Translations under genes and position numbers: made by a program
Shown here: positions 31,189 through 41,213 of the stretch, piece by piece
Position numbering within the stretch: the stretch's first letter is position 1
How the letters are laid out: each line of letters begins with the position of its first letter
Source of the DNA: an uncultured Bacillota bacterium
GTDB taxonomy: Bacteria; Bacillota; DTU025; MWDF01
Length of the DNA: 64,000 nt
Assembly: GCA_963823655.1 (NCBI GenBank)
Contig: CAWGMK010000005.1
Location: 1 to 64,000, forward strand
Reading direction: 5' to 3'
Notes under the pieces: generated by a model
The model's database searches: none
Seen by the model: the letters and a program-made list of their open reading frames with translations, nothing else
What the model was told of the DNA's origin: nothing

Positions 31189-32443
31189 ATGTATTTCGGA
31201 CTGCCGTTCGACCACGCGGAATCCCTTACAACTGGGGACTACGTGCTCGGTACATACCTGGTGACAGGCGTCACCGGTGAGAATTCGCTAAACAAGCTGG
31301 GGATGTTCGCAATAGGACAGTCGACCGGCACCTGGATGCCCGTGCCCGGGATCACGAAGAAAATGGTGGAGGAGCATCAGGGCAGGGTGGTTGGCTGCTA
31401 TCCCGTGCCTTCCGAGTCAAATGATTCATATATCCTGAGAGTCGCCTTTCCGTTCAGCAACATAGGCGGGTCGATTTCCATGATGCTCACGACGCTCGCC
31501 GGAAACGACGCATCTACCGCGCTTTGCGCAAGGCTAATTGATGTGGAGCTCATAGGAAAGGCCGCGTCCGCCTTCGCCGGCCCGCGCTTCGGTGTGGACG
31601 GTATCAGGGAGCTCACAGGAGTGAAGGACCGCCCCGTAGTCATGAACATGATCAAGCCCTGCACGGGCTTTCCGGCCGAAGCAGGTGCCGAGTTCTTCTA
31701 TGCGTCAGGCTCCGGCGGAGTCGATCTGATCAAGGACGACGAGCTCATGGGCAATACGAGCTTCAGCAGCGTCGCGTCCAGGGTCAGGGAGTACGGCAAG
31801 GCGGCGGCCCGCATAAAGCAGGAGACCGGCAAAGCCCCCCTCTATATACCCAATGTGACCGACAGGCACGACAGGATGAGGGACAATATTAAAGCGGCAA
31901 TCGACGGCGGGGCGAAAGGCGTAATGGTGAACTTCGTGTTCACAGGGTTGGACAGCCTTGCAGCGCTTACCGACGAGTTCGGCGGGAAAGTGATGTTCCT
32001 TGCGCACGGAGCAGGCATCGGCGTCATGACGGGCTCGCCCCAGGGGCTTAAGCGTCCCGCTGCTTCTAGGGCGCCTGGGAAGGCTTGCCGGCGCGGATGC
32101 AGTAGTCACGCTCTACCCTCTGGGACTGGGTGGAGAGGGCTTCCTCGACTTGCAGTTCACGGTGCAGAGGCATAAGCTCCCCATGTCGGGGCTGAAGCCG
32201 GTCATGAGCGTAGTAGGCGGCGGCGTAACGCCACTTACCGTGCCTTTCGCCGTCAAGAACTTCGGAGCCGACATAATCATCGCGGTCGGCGGCGGCATAC
32301 AGGGCCATCCCAACGGCGCGACGGCCGGGGCCAAGGCCATGATGCAGGCAGTGGACGCCACGATGAAGGGCCAGTGCCTGGAGGATGCCGCGAAGGACCA
32401 TGCGGAGCTTGCGGCCGCCCTGAAGCGCTGGGGCGCCAAGTAG
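31189..32443 (+). CDS. RuBisCO-like protein (form IV RLP), one frameshift near 32045
   Basis: GQSTGTW, GPRFG..GIR, IKPCTG, DLIKDDEL, YIPNVT, LAH, R.AGAD, GGG, GGGIQGHP.G..AGA.A, L..WG. Extra G in a GGGG run. Confidence 0.88.
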
Positions 32444-32493
32444 GGCGCGGTAGCTATTAATTCATGTTGATTAACTCGACTGGAGGGTTTGAT

Positions 32494-33108
32494 ATGGAAG
32501 ACAAGATTCTAAACCTCAAAAAGCAAGTGGAGCTCGCCTGCAGGAGGGCTTACACGAGAGGGATACAGACCGGAAGCGGCGGAAACGTCAGCGCCAGGAT
32601 CCCCGGCACCGACCACATGATAGTAAAGCCCAGCAAGGTTTCCCTGATCGAATGCGATCCGGAGACCCTGATTATAACGGACTTCGACGGCAACGTAGTG
32701 GAGGGGAAGCTGCCCCCCACTCGCGAGGCCGTCCTTCACGGCTGGCTCTATAAGAAGTACGAGAAGATCGGCGCCGTTGTCCACGTGCATGCGCCCTGGG
32801 CCATAGCCTGGTCCTTTACCAAGAAGGACCTTCCCTGCATCACGATGCATACGCAGCTGAAGCTCGGCTGCCCAACACCCGTCAGGTTCTTCTCCAGCCC
32901 CAAGGGCGTGCTGAAGGAGGAGATGCCGGAAGTGTACGGCCTTTTCGAGGCTGAGCCTGAGCTTTCGGCCTTCATACTCGGCGCGCACGGCATAGTGGCG
33001 GTGGGCAAGGACATCATCGAGGCGGAGCATACAGCAGAGCTAATCGAGGAGACGGCGCAGATCGCATACCTCAACGAGATAGGAAAGAAGCTGAACATAG
33101 TACCATAG
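32494..33108 (+). CDS. Class II aldolase/adducin-family protein
   Basis: SGGNVSAR, PTRE, VHVH, AHG. Confidence 0.85.
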   Translation: MEDKILNLKKQVELACRRAYTRGIQTGSGGNVSARIPGTDHMIVKPSKVSLIECDPETLIITDFDGNVVEGKLPPTREAVLHGWLYKKYEKIGAVVHVHAPWAIAWSFTKKDLPCITMHTQLKLGCPTPVRFFSSPKGVLKEEMPEVYGLFEAEPELSAFILGAHGIVAVGKDIIEAEHTAELIEETAQIAYLNEIGKKLNIVP

Positions 33109-33159
33109 GCTCCCTGGCAGGGGGGCAAGCCTTAATATTGTTGGATAAGGGGTGTTAGC

Positions 33160-33621
33160 ATGCATAGGAAGATGGTCGTAGGGTGCGACGAAGCGGCCTG
33201 CGATTTGAAGGATTACCTGATAGGGGTACTTAAGAAGGAAGGCGTCGAAGTAGAGGACGTCGGAGTGGCCGATGCAAGCGACAAGACCGTATATCCGCTC
33301 GTCGCCGAGCGCGTGGCCAAAGCAATAATCGACAGCGGCTACGAGAAGCACGGCATGCTCATATGCGGCACAGGCATCGGCATGGCGATTTCCGCCAACA
33401 AGTTTCCCGGCATCTATGCTGCGGTTTGCCACGACCAGTTCTCGACCGAGAGGGCGAAGCTGAGCAACAACGGCAATGTGATTTGCATGGGCTCAAGGGT
33501 AATAGGCCCTGAGCTTGCCAGAGTGAACCTTCTGCAGTGGATCGGCCTTACTTTCAAGGACGGCTCATCGACGCCGAAGGTGAATGCTATCAAGGAAATC
33601 GAAAGAAGGAATATGAAATAA
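33160..33621 (+). CDS. RpiB/LacAB-family sugar-phosphate isomerase
   Basis: GCD, YP..A, ICGTGIGMAISANK.PG, SNN..V.C.G.RVIG. Confidence 0.9.
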   Translation: MHRKMVVGCDEAACDLKDYLIGVLKKEGVEVEDVGVADASDKTVYPLVAERVAKAIIDSGYEKHGMLICGTGIGMAISANKFPGIYAAVCHDQFSTERAKLSNNGNVICMGSRVIGPELARVNLLQWIGLTFKDGSSTPKVNAIKEIERRNMK

Positions 33622-33622
33622 G

Positions 33623-34405
33623 ATGGGCCCTCTTATAATTGGGACCAACCTCAAGATGTACAAGGGCGTGCAGGATACGCTCGCCTTTTTGAGAAAGCTC
33701 AGGGACAACGTCAGCGACATAGGGCCAAATGAGATGACGCTGTTCGTTATCCCCTCATACCTCGCCCTTCCCGCCGCATGCTCGGAATTCTCGGGTGGCA
33801 GGCCTCTCATCGGCGCACAGAACATGCACTACGAGGACAGCGGCCAGTTCACTGGGGAAGTATCGCCCGTCATGCTCAAGGAAGTGGGCGTTTCGATTGC
33901 GGAACTGGGACACTCAGAGAGAAGGCAGCTGTTCGGGGAGACCGACGACGGGGTGAACAGGAAGGCGAAGGCCGCGCTCAAACATGGTATGAGGGCGCTT
34001 ATATGCATAGGCGAGACTGCAGACGACAAGGAGAAGGGCATCACTTACGAGAAGCTGAGGCTGCAGGCGAAGGTCGCGTTCAGGGGCATATCCGAGGACC
34101 AGCTCGACAGGGTATGGGTGGCCTACGAGCCCGTATGGGCGATAGGCGTCCAGGGAGTGCCCGCCGAGCCCTCATATGCGAGCATGAGCCACAGGATCAT
34201 CCACGAGGTGATCGAAGAGCTCTATCCCGGGAAGGGAGCAAGCGTCCCGGTGCTCTACGGCGGAAGCGTAAACCCCGGCAATGCGAAGGAATTGATAGTG
34301 CAGCCATTCATAGACGGGCTTTTCATCGGCCGCTCGGCATGGGAGGCGGATGCCTTCAACGCTATCATCCGCGATGTCCTGCCTTTGTGGAAGGGTAAGG
34401 CCTAA
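33623..34405 (+). CDS. Triose-phosphate isomerase-family protein (possibly erythrulose-1-phosphate isomerase-like)
   Basis: GTNLKMYK, GAQN, FTGEVS, GHSERR, AYEPVWAIG, YGGSV, GLFIGR. Confidence 0.85.
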   Translation: MGPLIIGTNLKMYKGVQDTLAFLRKLRDNVSDIGPNEMTLFVIPSYLALPAACSEFSGGRPLIGAQNMHYEDSGQFTGEVSPVMLKEVGVSIAELGHSERRQLFGETDDGVNRKAKAALKHGMRALICIGETADDKEKGITYEKLRLQAKVAFRGISEDQLDRVWVAYEPVWAIGVQGVPAEPSYASMSHRIIHEVIEELYPGKGASVPVLYGGSVNPGNAKELIVQPFIDGLFIGRSAWEADAFNAIIRDVLPLWKGKA

Positions 34406-34484
34406 GCGATATTTTGTGGCGGAAGGAATAGAAAGCATAATCCTCGGCATTGACGCCGCAGCGATATAAGGAGGCCAGTCCGTT

Positions 34485-35147
34485 ATGTCCAACGACATCT
34501 TAAAGACCAAAAAAGAGCTCATAGAGATCGGTAGGCAGATCGCCGCAAAAGGGCTCGTAATAGGCCCCGGCGGCAACATAAGCGCAAGGACCGGCGGGAG
34601 CATGGTGATATCAGCCAGCGGCTCGTCGTTCGAGACTTCGACTGAGGATGATTACGTCGCGGTGGACATAGCTACCGGCAAGGCGGAGGAGGGCGCGAAA
34701 AGGCCATCGTCCGAAGTGCTGATGCACCTTGAATGCTATCGCAGGCGCCCTGAGATCAACGCCGTGGTGCACACGCACCCGACATGGTCCACATCCGTTG
34801 CCAGCGCTGGCATAAAGATGCCCCCGATGTTCCCCGATTACGTCGTGTTCGTGGGGGATCCTGCGACGCTCGATTACGTGATACCCACAACGAAGCTGCT
34901 GGCAGACGCTGTGGGCGGAGTCATCGCCGACCACAACGTCGTGCTCATGAGCAACCACGGAGTGCTCACTGTTGCGGGCGATCTGAACATGGCGCTTTTA
35001 AGGGTGGAGCTGGCGGAGGAGAATGCCAGGATGCTGATAGCCGCCAAAACGCTCGGCATACCCAGGGTGCTTTCCGAGGCCGAGGTCAAAGCCATACACG
35101 ACTTGGAGTCCGAGAAATACAGGCAGAAGCTTCTAAAGCAGGGATAA
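34485..35147 (+). CDS. Class II aldolase/adducin-family protein
   Basis: GGNISAR, PSSE..MH, VHTHP, NHG. Confidence 0.87.
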   Translation: MSNDILKTKKELIEIGRQIAAKGLVIGPGGNISARTGGSMVISASGSSFETSTEDDYVAVDIATGKAEEGAKRPSSEVLMHLECYRRRPEINAVVHTHPTWSTSVASAGIKMPPMFPDYVVFVGDPATLDYVIPTTKLLADAVGGVIADHNVVLMSNHGVLTVAGDLNMALLRVELAEENARMLIAAKTLGIPRVLSEAEVKAIHDLESEKYRQKLLKQG

Positions 35148-35166
35148 AAACGGGCCGGCAGTAAGC

Positions 35167-36672
35167 GTGCAGTTGCCGGAGGGAGCTGGGATTTTGGGCG
35201 ATTTGATATTCATGGGGATAGACGTCGGCACAAGCGGAGCACGAGCAGTGCTTGTGGACGAAGAGGGTAGGATGCTCCACGAGGCATCGCTCGGCTTCAG
35301 CCTGCAAAATTCGCTCGTCGGCGGGGAGCCGGGCTGGTTCCAGCAGTCCCCGCAGATGTGGTGGGAGAGCCTTGTAAGCTGCATTTCGGATTGCGTGCTC
35401 CACCTAAAGGCGAAGGGCATCGCGGCCGACAGGATCAAATGCGTATCGGTTACGTCCACCTCAGGCACAGTCATACCTCTTGATGGCGACTTTAAACCCC
35501 TGCACGATGCCGTAATGTACAACGACAGCCGCTCGGCGAAACAGGCGCAGGCCGCAAACGTTGAGCTGGGCTCCCTTACAAAAAGGCTCGGCTATAAGTT
35601 CGACGCCTCCTTCGGGCTATCGAAGATGCTGTGGTTCAAGGATGAGCTCCCGGGCGTCTTCGAGAGGACAAAAATGTTCGTCCATGCGGGCGATTACATA
35701 ATCGGCAAGCTGTGCGGTATTTACGGCGTGACGGACTACACGAATTCCCTCAAAAGCGGGTATGACCTGGAGAATCTCAAGTGGCCTGAGGAAATGGCAG
35801 GCCGCCTGGGAGTGGGCGCGGACAAGCTTCCCGAGGTGCTCCCTCCTGGGACCCCGATCGGGCATATAAGCCCAGAGTGCTCGGCTGCGACCGGGCTTTC
35901 GGTATCGACCGCAGTCGCATTGGGCATGACGGACGGTTGTACTTCCCAGATTGCATCGGGCGCCGCCTCATTGCAGCAATGGAACACCACGATCGGCACG
36001 ACGCTTGTCATTAAAGGCGTGACCGAGAAGCTGATATTGGACCCTCAAGGGCGCATATACAGCCACAGGCATCCCGAAGGATATTGGATGCCGGGCGGCG
36101 CGAGCAATGTCGGCGGCGACTGCCTGAAGAACAACTTCAAGCCGGAGTCTTTCGATGAGCTGAACGCCAAGATCAAGGGGCGTGGCCCTTCCGGCATGAT
36201 CGTATATCCTCTTGAGCGCAAGGGGGAGCGCTTCCCTCTGCGCAATGCGGACGCGACCGGCTTTAGAAAGGGCGAGCCTGCGGATGAGGCAGAACTTTAT
36301 CAGGCCTATCTTGAGGGCGTAGGTTATGTTGAAAGGCTCGCCTACGATGTGCTTGAGGAGCTGGGGGCGGTTATTGGAGGCAGCATCTATTCAGCGGGCG
36401 GCGCTACAAAGAGCAAGGAATGGCTCAGGATCAGGGCCAACATAATGGGAAAAGAGATGCTTGTGCCAGAGGTCCCGGGAGGGCACATGGGGGCAGCGAT
36501 ACTTGCGGCCTCGAAGTCGTACTGGGGCTCGCTTGAGACCGCGGCGAAGAATATGGTGCGGATAAAGGAATCCTTCATGCCGGATGCGCGCCAAACATCC
36601 CTTTACAAGGAGAAATACCTGGAATTCATACATGAAATGACCGTCAGGGGATACATCGGAGGCGTTTTGTAG
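35167..36672 (+). CDS. FGGY-family carbohydrate kinase
   Basis: GIDVGTSG, STSGT, MYNDSR, TDG, GTT, GGASNVGG, GERFP. Start uncertain. Confidence 0.88.
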   Translation: MQLPEGAGILGDLIFMGIDVGTSGARAVLVDEEGRMLHEASLGFSLQNSLVGGEPGWFQQSPQMWWESLVSCISDCVLHLKAKGIAADRIKCVSVTSTSGTVIPLDGDFKPLHDAVMYNDSRSAKQAQAANVELGSLTKRLGYKFDASFGLSKMLWFKDELPGVFERTKMFVHAGDYIIGKLCGIYGVTDYTNSLKSGYDLENLKWPEEMAGRLGVGADKLPEVLPPGTPIGHISPECSAATGLSVSTAVALGMTDGCTSQIASGAASLQQWNTTIGTTLVIKGVTEKLILDPQGRIYSHRHPEGYWMPGGASNVGGDCLKNNFKPESFDELNAKIKGRGPSGMIVYPLERKGERFPLRNADATGFRKGEPADEAELYQAYLEGVGYVERLAYDVLEELGAVIGGSIYSAGGATKSKEWLRIRANIMGKEMLVPEVPGGHMGAAILAASKSYWGSLETAAKNMVRIKESFMPDARQTSLYKEKYLEFIHEMTVRGYIGGVL

Positions 36673-36674
36673 CC

Positions 36675-38079
36675 ATGAGCATATACAAGGCATGTGACAT
36701 CAGAGGCGTATATCCGACGCATCTTGATGAGGACCTCTCAAGGAAGATCGGCTCGGCGCTGGGCACGATGCTGGAATCCAGTCCGGTGCTGGTTGCTGGC
36801 GACGTTAGAACGAGCACCCGGTCATTGAAGGACGCGCTAATCGAAGGCCTCAGAGGGGCGGGCTGCGACGTAACTGATGTCGGCATAGTCCCGACTCCAG
36901 TCTTCTATTACGCGGTCCAGAAGCTGGGCATCCCTTCAGGAGTAACCGTCACTGCCTCGCACAACCCGGCCAAGTACAACGGCTTCAAGATTGCGCCCTT
37001 CGGGCAGCCCATAACCCTGGAGCTCATGGATGTACTCAAAAACACCGTGGAGTCAGGCAAATTCATCACCGGCAAACATGGCTCTCTAAATAAGAGGGAA
37101 GTCATTGAGGATTATAAGAGGTTCGTCGCCGAGAAGATCGGCTGCATGTTCAAGGAAAGCGGCCCAAAACAGGCGGGCAAGGCGAAGCCACTGAAGCTGG
37201 TCGTAGACTGTGGAAACGGATGCTACAGCGCAATCGCCCCCGGGGTCCTAAGGGATGCGGGGTTTGAGGTTGAGGAGCTCTTCTGCGAGGAGGACGGATC
37301 CTTCCCGAACAGGGAGCCCAACCCTGCGGTCGCTGCAAACCTTACGGCGCTTACAGAAGCGGTAGTGGAGAAGGGTGCGGACCTTGGGATCGCCTTCGAC
37401 GGCGACGGCGACAGGGTCGTCTTCGCGGACGAGACAGGGGAGATAGTCCCGAGCGACAATGTCAATAGCCCTCTTCGCCCGCCATCTGCTTTCCATCTAC
37501 CCCGGCTCCAAGGTCGTCTTCGACATCAAGTGCTCTAGCATTGTGCCCGATACGGTCAGGGCAGCCGGCGGCATCCCTGTGATGGAGAAGTCGGGGCATG
37601 CCTACATCAAGTCGAACCTGCTGAGAAACGGCGCAGTATTCGCTGGCGAGATCAGCGGGCACTTCTTCTTCGACGCCCTGAAAGGCGACGACGGCCTGTT
37701 CGCATCGCTATTGATGGCGAGGATGCTTCAGGAGGGCGGAAAGTCGCTTAAGCAGCTAATCGACGCCCAGCCGAAATACTTCATCACCAAGGACCTTAGG
37801 ATACCTTACGCGGAAGATCCTGCGGAGCTGCTTGATGAGATAAAGAGGAATTTGGCAGGGCAAAAGGGCTGTGAACTAGTCTTCCTGGATGGGATTAGGG
37901 CAGAATATGAGGCGGGTTGGGGACTGATAAGATCGTCTGTAACCGAGCCTCTTGTGACTTTGAGGTTCGAGGGCAGAACTCTGGCAGGCCTGTATGAAGT
38001 GAGGGATAAATTCCTTTCGTCCTCCACAAGGCTCAAGGGGCTTGTTGAAGCTGTGTGGGATAAGTATTCACCGAAATAG
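36675..38079 (+). CDS. Phosphomannomutase/phosphoglucomutase-family phosphomutase, one frameshift near 37464
   Basis: YKACDIRG, TASHNP, FDGDGDR, GEISGH, RSSVTEP. Confidence 0.87.
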
Positions 38080-38126
38080 GAAGCAGTAAACTCGGGATGT
38101 ATGGCAGGGCTTAGGACTCAGATAGT

Positions 38127-38813
38127 CTATATTTGAGAGAAGCCCTTCATATATTCCTCATATTTAATGGCATCTACCTGAACCCTCCTGTTAATGCTCC
38201 TTATGAAGCCTTCGCTCATCAGCTCGTTCATCAGCTTGCTGATTGTGACCCGCGCGGCTCCTACGATTACGCCCAGCTCATAGTGCGTATATTTGACCTT
38301 GAGGCTGTACCAGCCAGGATCGGTCAAATCTTCCTTGTCCACGGACGAGCATAAAAGACGGACAATCCTGTCCTTGCAGGAGTTGAAAGTTAGGTTCTCG
38401 ATTTCGTATCTGGTGATCAGCAGCTTCTGCGCAAGGCACCTTATGAAGGCGTCCCTGAAATGGGGATTTTCATCTATGAGTATCCTGCACTTCTCGGGAG
38501 GAATCCTATAGAGCACAGTGTCGACTTCAGCCTGTGAATAAAGTCCCGTCTTCTTGCCCAAATAGAAGCCCATTTCGCCGAAAAGCCAGCCGGGGGTGAG
38601 AGTATATAGGACTTTCTCCAGCCCATCCTCGTTTGCCATGTAGTGCTTCGTCCTTCCGGACTTGATGTAAAGTACTCCGCCGAAATCATTGCCGGGCACA
38701 GAAAAAATCGTCTTCGCGGGGTAGGAGACCTTTACAGCATTGCGCTCGATGAGAAGCTCAAGCTCCTCACTATGATGATGAGGCAACGTAAGATAAGAGT
38801 TCTCAAGGCCCAT
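38127..38813 (-). CDS. Crp/Fnr-family transcriptional regulator
   Basis: cNMP-binding-like domain (IKSG, FGE) and HTH THYELGVIVGAARVTISK. Confidence 0.87.
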   Translation of the reverse strand: MGLENSYLTLPHHHSEELELLIERNAVKVSYPAKTIFSVPGNDFGGVLYIKSGRTKHYMANEDGLEKVLYTLTPGWLFGEMGFYLGKKTGLYSQAEVDTVLYRIPPEKCRILIDENPHFRDAFIRCLAQKLLITRYEIENLTFNSCKDRIVRLLCSSVDKEDLTDPGWYSLKVKYTHYELGVIVGAARVTISKLMNELMSEGFIRSINRRVQVDAIKYEEYMKGFSQI

Positions 38814-38986
38814 CCTCAACCCCCCCTCCCTCATGTATTCATCTTATGTTTTATCAGCCGCCTTTTCAAACCGGCCGCAGTACTTCAAATATATATTTCT
38901 GCAAGCGGTAGCAGAAAATCCTGCCCGCCTAAAGAAATCTTGTGATAACGCCAGTAATACATCGTTTTGGCTGCTCGCGGCGAACG

Positions 38987-39006
38987 ATTGTAGCATTTTA
39001 TACAAT
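38987..39006. promoter_or_regulatory. Palindromic operator, probable Crp-family site
   Basis: ATTGTA-N8-TACAAT between the divergent Crp and DapA-like genes; matches the GTA-N8-TAC pattern of Crp-family NtcA. Confidence 0.6.
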
Positions 39007-39086
39007 AAGTAAACTTATACAGACACGAATCGCCTCTTATCCTATATTGAAGCTGTGACAGTAGAATACTTTCTGACTTAGGAGGG

Positions 39087-40007
39087 ATGAACTTGATCAA
39101 ACCTACCGGATCCTGGGTAGCCATGCCCACGCCCTTCAACAAAGACGAGTCAGTGGACTTCAAGGGCTTCAAAGTACTAATAGACAGGCAGATACAATAC
39201 GGCACATCCTTGCTTTTCATGCTCGGCTCCTGCGGCGAGACTACCCTGCTTACACTAGATGAGAAGAAGCAAATCGTCAAACAGGTTGTGGCGATGACCA
39301 AGGGTCGCATACCGGTCTTCTTCAACGCATCTGCGGCCACAACTGCGCAAAGCGTGGATTTTGCCAGGTTCTGCGAGGCGGAATCTGCGGACGGGGTAAT
39401 CTTCACCGTCCCTCCCTATGTGCTCATACCCCAGAATGCAGTCCTTGAGCATCTGAATACATGTATGAGCGCCACGAAACTGCCCTGCGGGATATACAAC
39501 AATCCCTCAAGGGTGGGCGTGCACATCGAACCCGAAACAATTGCGAAGCTCTCGGAGGACAATCCCAACTTCATAGTCGACAAGGAGGCTATGCCCAGCG
39601 TAAAGCAGCTTGTGGAAGTAAAGAGGAAATGCGGCGACAAAATCAATATTCTCTGCTGCGACTTCCCCCAGTATTCCATAGTGCTGCCGACGCTTGCAGT
39701 AGGAGGCAACGGGACGGCCAACATCGGAGGAAACGTAATACCTGAGGAGATGGCGACGATTTCAAGGCCCTGGGACAGCATAGACAAGATGTTCACGGCC
39801 CGTGAGTTGTACTTCAAGTACTTCCCGGTCCTTCAGGGGCTTTACATGTTTTCGAATCCCATCGTGGTTAAAGCTGCAATGAAGATCCTGGGACTTCCGG
39901 GCGGGCCTCTGAGGAAGCCTTACCTGGACCTGACCGGGCAGAAGTTCGACGAGTTTGCGGCCTTACTAAAAGAGATGGGAATAATCGAGAAGTACGGCGT
40001 TAAGTAG
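39087..40007 (+). CDS. Dihydrodipicolinate synthase-family (class I aldolase/lyase) protein
   Basis: PTPF, GSCGE, PPY, YNNP, Schiff-base Lys in DKEA, NPIVVKAA. Confidence 0.87.
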   Translation: MNLIKPTGSWVAMPTPFNKDESVDFKGFKVLIDRQIQYGTSLLFMLGSCGETTLLTLDEKKQIVKQVVAMTKGRIPVFFNASAATTAQSVDFARFCEAESADGVIFTVPPYVLIPQNAVLEHLNTCMSATKLPCGIYNNPSRVGVHIEPETIAKLSEDNPNFIVDKEAMPSVKQLVEVKRKCGDKINILCCDFPQYSIVLPTLAVGGNGTANIGGNVIPEEMATISRPWDSIDKMFTARELYFKYFPVLQGLYMFSNPIVVKAAMKILGLPGGPLRKPYLDLTGQKFDEFAALLKEMGIIEKYGVK

Positions 40008-40170
40008 GCGAGGCCGAAGGCTTTAGAGCAAGCGCCTGTGCCAATGAACGGTTGTTTAAGTAAACATCGGAAATAGGGAACATAAAGCGATATGGATACT
40101 ACAGAGTAATCACTGGGAGATATGGAAGCCCAATAGAGCAGAAGACAAATATGAAGGAGGAAAACCGGAA

Positions 40171-41144
40171 ATGAAGAAGACAGCCATGCGTTTCCTGATT
40201 GCAAGCGCGCTAGTATTCCTCATGATGTTCTCCGCCATAGCTGCGGCCCCCAAGTTCCTGACAGTATCGACCGGGCCGGTCGGCGGCGAATGGTACATCC
40301 TCGGCGGCATTCTCTCCGAGCTTCTCAAACCCGTATTGCCTGATACGAAGATTACGGCGACTACCGGCGGCGGCGTTGCCAACCTGAGCACGGTTGCGTC
40401 CGGCAAGAGCGATATAGGCACCACTCAGGACCAGCTGCTCTTTGATGCGAGGAATGGCACGACGGACTTCACAACCGGCAAGCTCACAAACGTTGTGGCC
40501 CTAGGATACCTTGCTGACATCTATATGAGCGTGTTCCTCGTTCGCGAGGATTACGACATAGCTTCCCTTGATGACCTCGCCGCTAAAAAAATGGGCATCA
40601 AGATTTTGACAGCGCCTACAGGTTCAACCCCCTCCAGAGCGGCTACGAGAATGCTTAGCGAATATGGCGTAACTCCCGACCTTCTCAAGTCATGGGGAGG
40701 AAGCATCAGCTACGTCGCATACGCGGACGCAAGCTCGATGATCAGGGATGGCCATGCCGACGCCTACTGCGGACCTATAATGCCGGCAATCATAGAGCTG
40801 ACGGTATCGCGCAAGATGAAGATGCTACCGGTAAAAGATGTAGTACTCAAGGCGATGACTGCCAAGTATGCATACGGCCGCGCCACGATACCGGCCGGCG
40901 CCTACGATTTTGTTAAGTCCAATACCCCCGTCATGACCGAATCGCCATTCTTATCGTCAGGGATGACGTTGATGAGCAGACTGTATATGCGATAACCAAG
41001 GCAATTGCAGAGAATCCGGACAAGATCAAAGGCGCCGGTGCGACGTACGCAAAGTTCGACCCTAAGATGATGCCAAACATCTCCGGCGGCCCGATACATC
41101 CGGGCGCCCTCAAGTATTACAAGGAAGTAGGCTGGGTAAAATAA
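40171..41144 (+). CDS. TAXI-family TRAP solute-binding protein, one frameshift near 40946
   Basis: STGPVGGEWY, TGGGVAN, IPAGAY; continues in the shifted frame ILIVRDDVDEQTVYAITKA...PIHPGALKYYKEVG to stop at 41144. Confidence 0.85.
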
Positions 41145-41213
41145 GCTAACAGTCGATGGGCCGGGGGGTTGGCTAATTCCAGCCCCCCGACAGTAATTTG
41201 GGGGTAATCAGCC

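Noticed and set aside
31189-32443. True RuBisCO / CO2 fixation
   Set aside because: KDDE and KPCTG motifs and the missing loop-6 Lys indicate form IV; no prk or small-subunit gene is nearby.
33623-34405. Glycolytic tpiA
   Set aside because: GTNLKM and GLFIGR differ from canonical GNWKM and LVGGAS, and the context is catabolic rather than gap-pgk.
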